From NCBI GenBank assembly GCA_937921305.1, contig CAKZSU010000006.1, positions 1,089 to 65,088 on the forward strand: a DNA stretch of 64,000 bases, in the 5' to 3' direction. The stretch's first letter is position 1. Every line of letters begins with the position of its first letter. Positions 29,154 to 39,161 of this stretch are shown piece after piece. Both the position numbers and the translations under genes were made by a program. This DNA is from an uncultured Patescibacteria group bacterium. Its GTDB lineage: Bacteria; Patescibacteriota; Microgenomatia; UBA10105; UBA927. The notes below the pieces were generated by a model. The model made no database searches. It had not been told where the DNA came from and saw nothing but the letters and a program-made list of their open reading frames with translations.

Positions 29154-30838
29154 TTGTCATCATTACTTGTTTTGGAGCCTTACTGCGATTCTATAAGCTT
29201 GGAATCGTTCCTGACGGTTTTCATAGGGACGAAGCGTTTCTTGGCTATAACGCATATTCGTTATTAAAAACAGGAAAAGATATGTCTGGAAAACTCCTCC
29301 CCTTACATTTCGAATCATTTATTTATAGTCCAGGAGGATATAGCTACGCTAGCATACCATTTATCGCGATCTTTAGACTTGATGAATTTTCTACTCGATT
29401 CGCGTCGGCGTTTTTTGGAACACTGACAATTCCGTTATTATTTCTCTTAGCGTACAAACTATTTCCAAAAACACCACGTATTGGAATTCTGGGATCCTTT
29501 ATTCTCGTCATAACTCCTTGGCACATTAATCTTTCAAGAACCGCCACAGAAAACATTCTTGTTACATTTTTTCTTTTGCTCGGAATATATTTTTTATTTG
29601 TATGGAAAGACCATCAAAACAAACTTCTATTTCTTTTGCTTGGATTTATCTCAATCTCTCTTACGCTCGTTATATATCAAGCGCCAAGAGCATTTCTTCC
29701 TATGTTTATTCCATTTATGTTTAGTATCTTGTTCTTCGATAAAAAACGTTCTATATTTCTTCCATTAGTTTTGTATAGTATTTTCATACTTCTTCCTGTT
29801 GGATTAGTTTTAAGCAACTCTCATCTCTCAACAAGAATGAAAACTGTTAGTATTTGGAGCACAGAAAAAACATCGCTTATAATTCAAGAACAAATAAGAG
29901 AAGATGGCGTAAGAAATATTCATCCTCTTGTTTCTAGAATAACCCACAATAAAATTATCGGATATACGGAAGAATTTTTAAGAAATTACTTTCTTCATTT
30001 CTCCTACGATTTTCTCTTTACTGACAGAGGAATGCCAGACAGATATAGAATCCCGCATGCCGGACTTCTGTATATATCCATGATTCCTCTCGTGCTTTCA
30101 GGAATTTATTACCTCATGACGGAGAAAAAAAGGATCGGATGGTTTCTGATCGGCTGGATAAGTATCGGCATTATTGGAAGCGCATTAACATTTGATGATA
30201 TTCCAAATCTGCAACGAACCGTTTTTATCGTTCCAGCGGTTTCTCTAATCATAAGCGTTGGAACATATTCATTACTTGGCATACGATCAAACATTCTTAG
30301 AATTGCCACAACGGGGATCTTTCTTTTCGCTTTCTTTTTTGAAGGATATCGCTATCTTCATCATTATTATGTCCAACAAATCGTTCATCGTCCATGGTAT
30401 AGACAGGAAGGATACCGAGAATTAGTTCAATTCATTCAGAAAATTGAACATAAATACAACAATATCGTTATTACAAATAGAGAATCGGCGCCGACTATCT
30501 TTTTTCTCTTTTATACAAAATACGATCCAAAGCAATTTCAAGAAGAAACAAAATATTCCACATTTAGAGATTTTGATAGAATATCATTTTATAAATATAT
30601 TTTTTCAGAAGAAGAATGCCCATTGAAAGAAGTGTCCTATCAAAGCGAGAAGAATCCGAACATCATAGTAACGAATTGCTATGGAGAAAAAAATTCGCTT
30701 TATGTAAATTCTGGTCTGTGCAAAGAACCAAAAGTGTGTGCCAATATACTCCGCACTGTTCGAAGAAATGATGGAACGAATGCATTTTTTATCTTAGAAC
30801 CAACAGGTGTTACTTCTACTTCAACGTCTCTTCAATAA
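29129..30838 (+). CDS. ArnT/PMT-like GT-C membrane glycosyltransferase with a Cys-containing C-terminal extension
   Basis: HRDEAFLGYNAYSLLKTGKDMSG, TPWHINLSR, PNLQR, RQEGY. Confidence 0.85.
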   Translation: MDKKTLFMIVIITCFGALLRFYKLGIVPDGFHRDEAFLGYNAYSLLKTGKDMSGKLLPLHFESFIYSPGGYSYASIPFIAIFRLDEFSTRFASAFFGTLTIPLLFLLAYKLFPKTPRIGILGSFILVITPWHINLSRTATENILVTFFLLLGIYFLFVWKDHQNKLLFLLLGFISISLTLVIYQAPRAFLPMFIPFMFSILFFDKKRSIFLPLVLYSIFILLPVGLVLSNSHLSTRMKTVSIWSTEKTSLIIQEQIREDGVRNIHPLVSRITHNKIIGYTEEFLRNYFLHFSYDFLFTDRGMPDRYRIPHAGLLYISMIPLVLSGIYYLMTEKKRIGWFLIGWISIGIIGSALTFDDIPNLQRTVFIVPAVSLIISVGTYSLLGIRSNILRIATTGIFLFAFFFEGYRYLHHYYVQQIVHRPWYRQEGYRELVQFIQKIEHKYNNIVITNRESAPTIFFLFYTKYDPKQFQEETKYSTFRDFDRISFYKYIFSEEECPLKEVSYQSEKNPNIIVTNCYGEKNSLYVNSGLCKEPKVCANILRTVRRNDGTNAFFILEPTGVTSTSTSLQ

Positions 30839-31738
30839 TTCTCGATCCTTTTTCTTAAACAATCGTTGCGATTCTTTTCTCTTACGAAGGACAACGAATA
30901 GACGCTTCAACGCGTCAAAATATCCGAAAATAAAACTTGTATCTCCTTTTATAGACGATTGGATAAGACGTATATGAAGATAGACTACATGCTCACAGAG
31001 ATAAGAATAATCAGTAATATTTTTCCATATACAAAACAATTGATTTCTATACGAAACTCGCTTGACATGCGAGGATTTCATCCTTGTTTTTATCATTCCT
31101 TCCTCATGTCTATGAATGACCACGCTTCTTGATTCAAAAATAATTCGATATCCGCTCTTTCTTGCTCGATATGAAAGATCAATGTCCTCCCAATAAAACG
31201 GATTAAACAATTCATCCATTCCGCCAAGTTTCATCCAATATGATCGACGAAACGCCCCGCTTCCTCCAGAAACCCACGCGGTATCGGTTTTTTCGACCTC
31301 TCCTCGCTCATGCATAATCATTCCTTTGTGCCAATAAGCAATTCCCCTTCCTCGAAGGATAATCTGATATCCTTCAACGCTCTTATCCATGCATCCTACG
31401 GCAAAAACAGAAGAATCGGAAAAATGAGGAAGCAAGTATTCTAAAAAATGATCTTCTGGTTCAACATCTGAATTCAACAATACAACAATATCTCCTAAAG
31501 CATGAGCAACACCTACATTAACCGTGCTTGAAAATCCATCATGACTTTTCTTTTTTATTAATCGAACATGCGGATAATAGTTTGTAATAAAGTCAACAGA
31601 ATCATCCGTAGAGGCATCGTCAACAACGATAATTTCATGATTTTTTGCCGCTTTTATAACTGCGGGAAGATACTTTTGTAGCAGATTTTTCCCATTCCAA
31701 TTTGGAATAACAATGCTAACAGAGTATTTACAATTCAT
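30821..31738 (-). CDS. GT2 glycosyltransferase (WbbL-like)
   Basis: VIPNWNG, VDDASTDDS, LLNSDV, PFYWEDIDLSYRA. Confidence 0.9.
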   Translation of the reverse strand: MNCKYSVSIVIPNWNGKNLLQKYLPAVIKAAKNHEIIVVDDASTDDSVDFITNYYPHVRLIKKKSHDGFSSTVNVGVAHALGDIVVLLNSDVEPEDHFLEYLLPHFSDSSVFAVGCMDKSVEGYQIILRGRGIAYWHKGMIMHERGEVEKTDTAWVSGGSGAFRRSYWMKLGGMDELFNPFYWEDIDLSYRARKSGYRIIFESRSVVIHRHEEGMIKTRMKSSHVKRVSYRNQLFCIWKNITDYSYLCEHVVYLHIRLIQSSIKGDTSFIFGYFDALKRLFVVLRKRKESQRLFKKKDRELLKRR

Positions 31739-33932
31739 ACCTCAATTCTAGTCTATGTTCTCCATCTGGAATGACAATGCCCATAAACGCGCCGTTGGTC
31801 TGATATATTTTCACAGATGTTCCATCAACATATGCTTTCCACTGCGGCGTATATTGCGTTCCTATCACAAAAAATCGATGAAATATCGCTCGTGTTTCAA
31901 TAACAGCTCGAGCATCTTCATATGTTTCTATACGAACATATTCTGACGAATCAAGCGGGTACGATTGAATATCAAGATTTCCTAATACAACAGCTTCTTG
32001 ATGTGGATTGATCTGAAATAATGTTTGAAACATTGAGGAATACTCTGATTTTGAAATCACCCGAGAAACAAAGAAAAATCTTGATAAAACAGAAGATCGT
32101 TCATAAAGATATGTCTGTCCTTCATTCATAATAAACTTTATATCTTCACGATCAGTCATTGGCCCATATGATAGAACATATTTAATGTTTAACAAATTAA
32201 AAAGTGGATGATCCACATATGACGGATGAATCATACGATTGAATCTATACGGTCGCTCCAACAGTCCATTTCCTCTTTGAATAGATGCTATGAAATCTTC
32301 ATAATGTTTTGTGTACAAAGGATCGTATCCCGAAACCATCTCTATGCCGTAATACGCAGCGACATTTGATGAAAGAATACGATCATCCAAAGAGATAACT
32401 CTGAACGGCTTTTCTTGCCGTTGCAAATAAGTAATAATTTTTGTTGAAGGGAAAAAATAAGACACATCGGTAAATGGCGTAAATTTTCTGCCGAAACGAA
32501 ACAGATCAAAAAAAACAATCAAAAGAAGCAATATTCCAACAAGAACCAAAGGTATTTTTTTTCTTAATAAGAAAATACCGCCACCTATAAAAAGGAGCAT
32601 CGTTGGAAGAATACTGTTGCGAAACGCGATTCGCATATACTCAACCATGTCTTCTTCTCCATGGCGAAACAACATCCACGATATGAATGCAATCGACGCG
32701 ACACATGCGAATACCATCCCCCACAAAACGTTAAATCTTCTCATATTTTCTTGGTTTGTTTCTAAAAATCTTTGAAATCCATACGCAGAAAAAATAGAAA
32801 GAATAAAAACAATAAGAACTAATAAACGCGTTGGTTGAAGAGAAGAAAGAAGAGGAATAGAGTATTCATATGGCAATTTCGCGATAGATGTGGGTAAAAT
32901 AAAAAGGAAACTCAAACAAAGGATAAACAAAAAAAGCTTCTTTTCTCGAAATGAACTATATAAAATTCCTCCAATTGAAAATACTACTGAAACTATTCCT
33001 ATATACCCCACAAGTTCTCCGTAATTCCATGTTCCCCAATAATTCATCGTTGCCGGATTCCCAAAGAAATCTGGAATCAAAAATTGAAGAAGATGTTTCC
33101 ATGGAACAAACCATCCTTCTTTTAACATCACATCGTGTTCGATAACTCTACTAGACTGAACGACAATCGAATAAAATTCTTTCCATTGAATGGAAGTAAT
33201 ACTAAAAAAAACTGGCAATGCGAGAAAAAACCTACGTATTCTCTTCTTCGCGATGACGTAGAAACACAAAAAAATAAACACATACAAAAATATCTGCGCA
33301 TGACCTGCGAGAAATGAACATGACATAACGACACCTAATGTAATTCCATTGAATATTCTACTTTTACTTCGATCAATAAAAAAAAGCATCAATGGCAACC
33401 ATAAAGCGGTATGAACCATTGTTCCCCATGTGAGCCACGCAATGGAAAATCCAGAAAACGCCCATGCTATACTTCCCAAAAGACATGCAAAAGGATGCAA
33501 TTTTTTTGATGAAAGATAGATATAAAGAAATACGCCAGCAAGAGTTGGTTGAAGTATTATAAGCAAAGACCATGCAATTGGAAATGAAAAAATAAAAAAT
33601 AATGCATTCAGCGGATATAACGCTCCTGCTTGAATATTCCCAAGTAATGGACTTCCGCTAAACGCATAAGGATTCCAAAGGGGAAGTTTACCTTCTTTCA
33701 GCGAATCGATGGCAATCTTCCTCCACGGAATCTGTTGACGAATGGGATCGGTAATTAAAAAATTCTTAAATGGAATACCTCGAGGATATTCCTCTGCGTA
33801 AAGATCTCTCCACGGATGATACATGCCAACCAATGTGTCCGATGGTACAGGCAATTTGCCTTGAAAAAAGAATGGGGCAAAAAATAAGAAAACAAATAGG
33901 AGAAAAAACAAGATACCGATGCATTGTTTCAT
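31728..33932 (-). CDS. YfhO-family GT-C membrane protein
   Basis: Start refined to MKQCIGIL; TDPIRQQIPW, PLWNPYAFSGSPLLGN, LAGHAQ, GNPAT, GYDPL, YTPQW, GEHRLELRY. Confidence 0.85.
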   Translation of the reverse strand: MKQCIGILFFLLFVFLFFAPFFFQGKLPVPSDTLVGMYHPWRDLYAEEYPRGIPFKNFLITDPIRQQIPWRKIAIDSLKEGKLPLWNPYAFSGSPLLGNIQAGALYPLNALFFIFSFPIAWSLLIILQPTLAGVFLYIYLSSKKLHPFACLLGSIAWAFSGFSIAWLTWGTMVHTALWLPLMLFFIDRSKSRIFNGITLGVVMSCSFLAGHAQIFLYVFIFLCFYVIAKKRIRRFFLALPVFFSITSIQWKEFYSIVVQSSRVIEHDVMLKEGWFVPWKHLLQFLIPDFFGNPATMNYWGTWNYGELVGYIGIVSVVFSIGGILYSSFREKKLFLFILCLSFLFILPTSIAKLPYEYSIPLLSSLQPTRLLVLIVFILSIFSAYGFQRFLETNQENMRRFNVLWGMVFACVASIAFISWMLFRHGEEDMVEYMRIAFRNSILPTMLLFIGGGIFLLRKKIPLVLVGILLLLIVFFDLFRFGRKFTPFTDVSYFFPSTKIITYLQRQEKPFRVISLDDRILSSNVAAYYGIEMVSGYDPLYTKHYEDFIASIQRGNGLLERPYRFNRMIHPSYVDHPLFNLLNIKYVLSYGPMTDREDIKFIMNEGQTYLYERSSVLSRFFFVSRVISKSEYSSMFQTLFQINPHQEAVVLGNLDIQSYPLDSSEYVRIETYEDARAVIETRAIFHRFFVIGTQYTPQWKAYVDGTSVKIYQTNGAFMGIVIPDGEHRLELRYEL

Positions 33933-33985
33933 ATATTTATTTCGATTAAACCTATTGAATCTCATATAAGACGCAACATTCTTTA

Positions 33986-34141
33986 TCAATCAAAGGTTTT
34001 AATTATTTTTCTTTTAAGAAGATATTTTTCAGAAGATTTTCTTAGCATAATATGCGTTACCCCCTGCTCCTTAAGATATTGAACATCGTTTATCATTTCT
34101 CTTCTTTTCATTTCTTCCTTTTTTGCTTCTTCGCTATTTAA
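33986..34141 (-). pseudogene. In-frame C-terminal remnant of the 34142-35848 gene
   Basis: After the TAA the frame reads LNSEEAKKEEMKRREMINDVQYLKEQGVTHIMLRKSSEKYLLKRKIIKTFD*. Confidence 0.55.
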
Positions 34142-35848
34142 TTATGATAAAACATATATTGGTCTATGTATCATATAGGAAAGATATAATTGTCCATAAT
34201 CAAAAGGATATCCAATCGGCAAGATGAGAGCATTCTTAGACAATACGTTTTGTGCATCGTTATAAAACTCAGCCTCGTGATGTGTGATAAAGGTATAGGA
34301 TAATTTCGCTATATTTTCATAGGTGACATATAAGGTTCTTGGAAGAGTAATCGAAATAATAAATAGCGATAAAAGACTAGATACAATAGGAGGAAATCGA
34401 TGAAATACATACGTCATCGCCAATGACGCGAAAATACTCATCAATATAACCGTTGTAATTAAAAAATTTACCGATGTTGATCCCCCGACCTTCTGCAAAT
34501 AAAACATCCAGACAAAAAAACTGCTTATCATCGAAAAAAGAAAAAAGAGAAGAAGCGAAAGAGAAAGGATGCGAAGAGATACTCTTGTTTGTATGATTCC
34601 AATGATTTTTGATCCGTATGTCACAACCACAAAAATACAAAACATCATACTATCTAAAAACCATACGCGTGGCATGTTGTGATGTTGCATAAACACTTCT
34701 CTCGTAAGTAACCAATGAGAAACTCCCAATTCTGGCATAGCAAAAAAATCATGAACTCTCCATAAACCGCTAAAAAAGAATCCACCAGATTCCCCTTTGA
34801 CTTTTGGCATAAATAAAACGATGCTTATCAAGACAGTCGCCACAGCATAAGCCATTAATTGCATATCTCTTTTAAACAATGAATAAAGAAAAACGCCAAC
34901 CATCCCAGCCCAAACAAAAATACCCGTATACGCTTTATAATGAATAAGAGAAGCGAATATAAATACTCCCGCAATAAAAAGAAGAAATCTTCTTTCTTTA
35001 ATACAAAATATAAGAAACGATAAACCAGTAAATAATCCAACGATTGAAAACGCCCGCGGATAATTAAACAAAAATCCAGCGCCACTCTCCATAGCGGCAA
35101 AATAAAACATAAACTGAGTATTTAATAAAAGAACAAATAAAAATACCGCGTCAGCCCCAAAGTAAAGGAAAAATAACAGACACCGTAAATATGTTTTATT
35201 CGCGTTTATTGCCTTCGCAAACACATACGCGGATAACCCCAAAGATATGGACAATACGATAGAAAAAAATTGATATGTTGTCGTGACAAGAGGAAGACGA
35301 AATATCCTGACAAATTCCACAATAACTAAATGACTAAGATAATGATAATCGTATAATTCTACGCCAAATAATCCCGGTTCATGTGGAGGAAATCGTTGTG
35401 TTAGTTCATGAGTAATAGCCAAAAAAAGAATATTATCAGGCACATGACCACAACATCCTATAACGCCGCGTGATGTAAGAATTCCCATGAACCACACGCC
35501 GAGCACCTGCGTTATCACGCCAAACAACATAATCAAAAGAGCAACAATATCCACTGAACGGAATAATCGAGAAATAGTAAGTTTCTGTTTTGTAAACAGA
35601 AACCATGCAAGAAAAAATATCAAATATACAACTATTCCAGATCGGATATGCAATCTTCCAAAGATATAGGAAGCCGCTCCCCAAAGAAACATTCCTGTTA
35701 AAAACGACAACACATGAAAAACATGCTGATTTTGAATGTTTTCTATATGACGAAGAAAAAATCTCCCGGGAATATAAAACGCAAAAACCATCGCAAAGAG
35801 AAAGATAAAAAGATGTATAAAGAACTCGATAGTGAATGTTGTAGCCAT
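34142..35848 (-). CDS. Divergent polytopic membrane protein, probable GT-C; C-terminus apparently truncated by a premature TAA
   Basis: Many TM segments; HVPD, PP.EP, YHYLSH; reading frame stays open for 51 codons past the TAA. Confidence 0.6.
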   Translation of the reverse strand: MATTFTIEFFIHLFIFLFAMVFAFYIPGRFFLRHIENIQNQHVFHVLSFLTGMFLWGAASYIFGRLHIRSGIVVYLIFFLAWFLFTKQKLTISRLFRSVDIVALLIMLFGVITQVLGVWFMGILTSRGVIGCCGHVPDNILFLAITHELTQRFPPHEPGLFGVELYDYHYLSHLVIVEFVRIFRLPLVTTTYQFFSIVLSISLGLSAYVFAKAINANKTYLRCLLFFLYFGADAVFLFVLLLNTQFMFYFAAMESGAGFLFNYPRAFSIVGLFTGLSFLIFCIKERRFLLFIAGVFIFASLIHYKAYTGIFVWAGMVGVFLYSLFKRDMQLMAYAVATVLISIVLFMPKVKGESGGFFFSGLWRVHDFFAMPELGVSHWLLTREVFMQHHNMPRVWFLDSMMFCIFVVVTYGSKIIGIIQTRVSLRILSLSLLLFFLFSMISSFFVWMFYLQKVGGSTSVNFLITTVILMSIFASLAMTYVFHRFPPIVSSLLSLFIISITLPRTLYVTYENIAKLSYTFITHHEAEFYNDAQNVLSKNALILPIGYPFDYGQLYLSYMIHRPIYVLS

Positions 35849-35851
35849 GTG

Positions 35852-36877
35852 TTAAAGAAAAATTCTATCCAATGTTTGATAAAAAATACTTGTATCAAAT
35901 TGTTTTGCCCTATTTATCGTTTTTTTTCTCACTAATGTTGCCTTTTTCTGATCTTTGATTAACGATAGTGTTCTCTCTGTCAATTCCTCTTTTGACTTCC
36001 AAAACATCCCAGAGATTCCGTGTTCCACAATCTCTTTCTGACCACCCGCAGGATAGACAAGAGGAATAGCTCCTGACGCCATCGCTTCAACTGTCGAAAT
36101 GCCAAAATGCTCAACACACTCCGGATGGTTCGATTCATCCTCGCCATATCCAGTCGCATGCCAGTAGACCATTGCTTCTCCATATAAATCTAATAAGGTA
36201 TCTCTTGAGATGTTAATCAACAATTCAATCGGGTATCCGTGAATCATTCGCCGAATTCTTTGTTCTTCATCTTTGTCAGCGTCTAATATCCCACCAGCAA
36301 GAATAAGTTTCCATTCCTTCAATCCATCATCAACCATCCGTTGAAACGCTTGAATCAATATTTCTTGTTTTTTTGCATTCATGCCTTTTGTCAATCTTCC
36401 AACAGAGAGAATAATTTTCTCTTTTTTCTTCTCTTTATAATCGTCTATATGAATTGATGGATATACGACATGGGCGTTCGCAAAAAATGTTTTATCGATG
36501 AATTTCTTCGTGAATTCTGAATTAACAATTATGTCAGCAATTCGCAAACGTTTAAGCAAAGTTATTGGAGAAAAAAGACGCACCCATGGAACAGGAAACT
36601 GAAAAATACAATATGTTTTCTTTGCAAAAGAAAAGGGCAAGCTGCCATCGCTATAAAACAACAAAACATCTAATCCGCGAGAGTCGAATACATCTCTCGT
36701 TTCAAGATGAGACAATGATATACCAAACCGTTCTTCGGCAAGAGATACTTCGCCAGGATTATTCGTAAAGTACAAAACTGAATGATTCTTTTTCAAAAAA
36801 TATGACGCAAAAGTGAACATGTACTGTTCTCCTCCGCCCAATGTATCATGATATGGATTATAGATTCCGACGATCAT
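35852..36877 (-). CDS. GT4 glycosyltransferase
   Basis: DTLGGGEQY, NSEFT, SVGR..KKQ, YWHATGYG, EHFGISTVEAM. Confidence 0.92.
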   Translation of the reverse strand: MIVGIYNPYHDTLGGGEQYMFTFASYFLKKNHSVLYFTNNPGEVSLAEERFGISLSHLETRDVFDSRGLDVLLFYSDGSLPFSFAKKTYCIFQFPVPWVRLFSPITLLKRLRIADIIVNSEFTKKFIDKTFFANAHVVYPSIHIDDYKEKKKEKIILSVGRLTKGMNAKKQEILIQAFQRMVDDGLKEWKLILAGGILDADKDEEQRIRRMIHGYPIELLINISRDTLLDLYGEAMVYWHATGYGEDESNHPECVEHFGISTVEAMASGAIPLVYPAGGQKEIVEHGISGMFWKSKEELTERTLSLIKDQKKATLVRKKTINRAKQFDTSIFYQTLDRIFL

Positions 36878-39161
36878 AAAAATATCTTCTTAATGACTCA
36901 AATAAAAGCACCACACATGTGAATCCAGAAATCCAAACGCCAATCATAAACAATCGAGGTTGATAATACAAATCGACAATCGATATTCCTTCTGGAATCG
37001 CCACGGCTCTAAACGCGTGATTGGCGCGGAGCACCTTTGACTCTTTTTCATTTACTTTTACTTTCCATCCAGGATCAAATACCTCTGAAAGAAACAGTAT
37101 CCGCGGAGTATCTGTTGTCGCTTTGATTCGGACACTGTTTGGTCGATATGAAATGACTTCAACATTTCCGACTTCTCCTTTTTTCGGCTCGATAGAAGGA
37201 TCTTCTTCCAAAACCACAAGACCTCTCTCAACCCGATTTGCGAGGAATGATAGTATCTTGTTTTTATCTGATAAGATAACATAGTCATGAAACAACGCAA
37301 ATCGAGGAGAAGGAGTTACATCTTTAAGAATTTCATAGTGTTCATCTTCGTATACAGATACATAGTCAGGATATTCCCAATGAGGAAATGTCCATATATG
37401 TCGTCCATCGCTCTTTCTATAAAGAACCCAATTCACGCCAAGAATATCAAACCATGTTTTTGTATAAACGCCGTGCTTATCGATGCGAACGACAGATCGC
37501 TCCAATGGTTCAATAGTTCCTTTTGACGCAGCAGAGATAAACTCTCCATATCGCTTTTGATACATCGCGTCATAACCTTCAATAAAGGGGATATGCGCAT
37601 GCATCGCAAGTTCATTGCCAAATGTTCCGAATGCTCGATCATTTCCGATTTCTTTTTGAAGATATGAAATGAGTGGAATTGAAGGATACACATAGTCTCT
37701 TGGATCAAATGGCATCCACTTGAGAGAAAATCGAAGGAGATCAAACGAAACGCATAGAAGAAAAACAATTATTATTGCTTTTCTTATTCTTCGGAATTTC
37801 CTTCCAAGGATGAGACATCCTACAAATACAATAGACAACACTGTTGGAAGAGTCATATTTCGTTTCACAATTTGCATATACTGTTCTTGAATGTGAAAAA
37901 AGAAAAGAATATATACCCAAGCAATTCCCAAAAAGAATACGATGAAAAGAGAAAAACTTTGTATTCTCAAAGATCCCTTCTTTTGCCAATCTTCTTTCAA
38001 TTGATCAAATCCAAACGATGAAAGAACGATAAGCGAAAAACTAAACAATACAATCATTCTTGTCGCCACACTTGTTGAGATGATAGAAATCTTCATCGCG
38101 TACAATAACGCATTCAACGGCGAAGCAAAAGAGACTAACAAACTCATAATCGCCATCACGAGAAATACGATCTTTCCTTTCTTTTTTGAGAATATAGCTC
38201 CGTATATCGCAAGAAATAAGGGAATGACGCCGATATAACTCGCCCACTCGGCGTATTGACCAAACCAATCATTCCTTGTCACAGGATTTCCATATACATC
38301 AGGAGCAAAAAGCGTAAGAATATAGCTCCACGGAATCGAACCAGTGGTAAAACTTTCTCCTCGATTTGATTGCAGATATGCATGAAGTGTTGTCAACACC
38401 TGCACGCTTGATAGCAACATTCCGAGAAATACAAAAAGGAATAACGCTCCTTTTTTCTTTGTATACCCGAGGATAAATAGCATTAACGCTCCCACCACAT
38501 ACATGCTTATTTGATAATGACCAGAAAGAAATGAAAACGCGATACTCAACGCAATAAGAACGCCATATCTCCAACGAGATGATTCTTCGTACAAAACAAC
38601 ACCAAATAATGCAAGTGGAAACACAACGATCGCCCACCCCAATGTTCCATATGCCATCCAAACTGTCATAAATCCAAAAAACATAAAACTTACGGTTCCA
38701 AGCAACGATGAAATAGTTGACACTTTAATTGCCCGTAAAAATAAAAACATGCAGAATCCCGCGCATAGTGGTTGCAGAAGCACATGAAGACTCCATGCGT
38801 CAATAAATGGAAAAACAAAAAACAGAATATTAATAGGAGAAAACACTGCTGATTGATAATTGCCTGCGTGGGGAGTTCCCGAGAATAGGTACGGATTCCA
38901 CAATGGAACTTCTCCAGATTTCCATGTGTCTATTGTTAGTTTTTTCCACGGAAATATCTGAGTAATAACATCCGGCATCGCGTTATTCTTTACCGGCATG
39001 CCATAATATGCGTTCCACGGAGGGAAAAACGACACAAGATATGTTGATGGAAATGGAACGCTTCCATGAAGAAAATATTGAGAAGAAAAAATAAACCAAA
39101 TAACAACAATAAAACAATATGGCAAAATTTTTACAATAACTGACGATGTTGTTTTTCCCAT
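36858..39161 (-). CDS. YfhO-family GT-C membrane protein
   Basis: PDVITQIFPW, PLWNPYLFSGTP, SGHYQ, YGNPV, EGYDA, FDPGW, ANHAFRAV. Confidence 0.87.
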   Translation of the reverse strand: MGKTTSSVIVKILPYCFIVVIWFIFSSQYFLHGSVPFPSTYLVSFFPPWNAYYGMPVKNNAMPDVITQIFPWKKLTIDTWKSGEVPLWNPYLFSGTPHAGNYQSAVFSPINILFFVFPFIDAWSLHVLLQPLCAGFCMFLFLRAIKVSTISSLLGTVSFMFFGFMTVWMAYGTLGWAIVVFPLALFGVVLYEESSRWRYGVLIALSIAFSFLSGHYQISMYVVGALMLFILGYTKKKGALFLFVFLGMLLSSVQVLTTLHAYLQSNRGESFTTGSIPWSYILTLFAPDVYGNPVTRNDWFGQYAEWASYIGVIPLFLAIYGAIFSKKKGKIVFLVMAIMSLLVSFASPLNALLYAMKISIISTSVATRMIVLFSFSLIVLSSFGFDQLKEDWQKKGSLRIQSFSLFIVFFLGIAWVYILFFFHIQEQYMQIVKRNMTLPTVLSIVFVGCLILGRKFRRIRKAIIIVFLLCVSFDLLRFSLKWMPFDPRDYVYPSIPLISYLQKEIGNDRAFGTFGNELAMHAHIPFIEGYDAMYQKRYGEFISAASKGTIEPLERSVVRIDKHGVYTKTWFDILGVNWVLYRKSDGRHIWTFPHWEYPDYVSVYEDEHYEILKDVTPSPRFALFHDYVILSDKNKILSFLANRVERGLVVLEEDPSIEPKKGEVGNVEVISYRPNSVRIKATTDTPRILFLSEVFDPGWKVKVNEKESKVLRANHAFRAVAIPEGISIVDLYYQPRLFMIGVWISGFTCVVLLFESLRRYFYDRRNL

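Noticed and set aside
22032-30838. Recombinase-driven invertible (phase-variable) segment
   Set aside because: No recombinase in the window, no flanking inverted repeats seen, and the right boundary is an overlap of two intact genes
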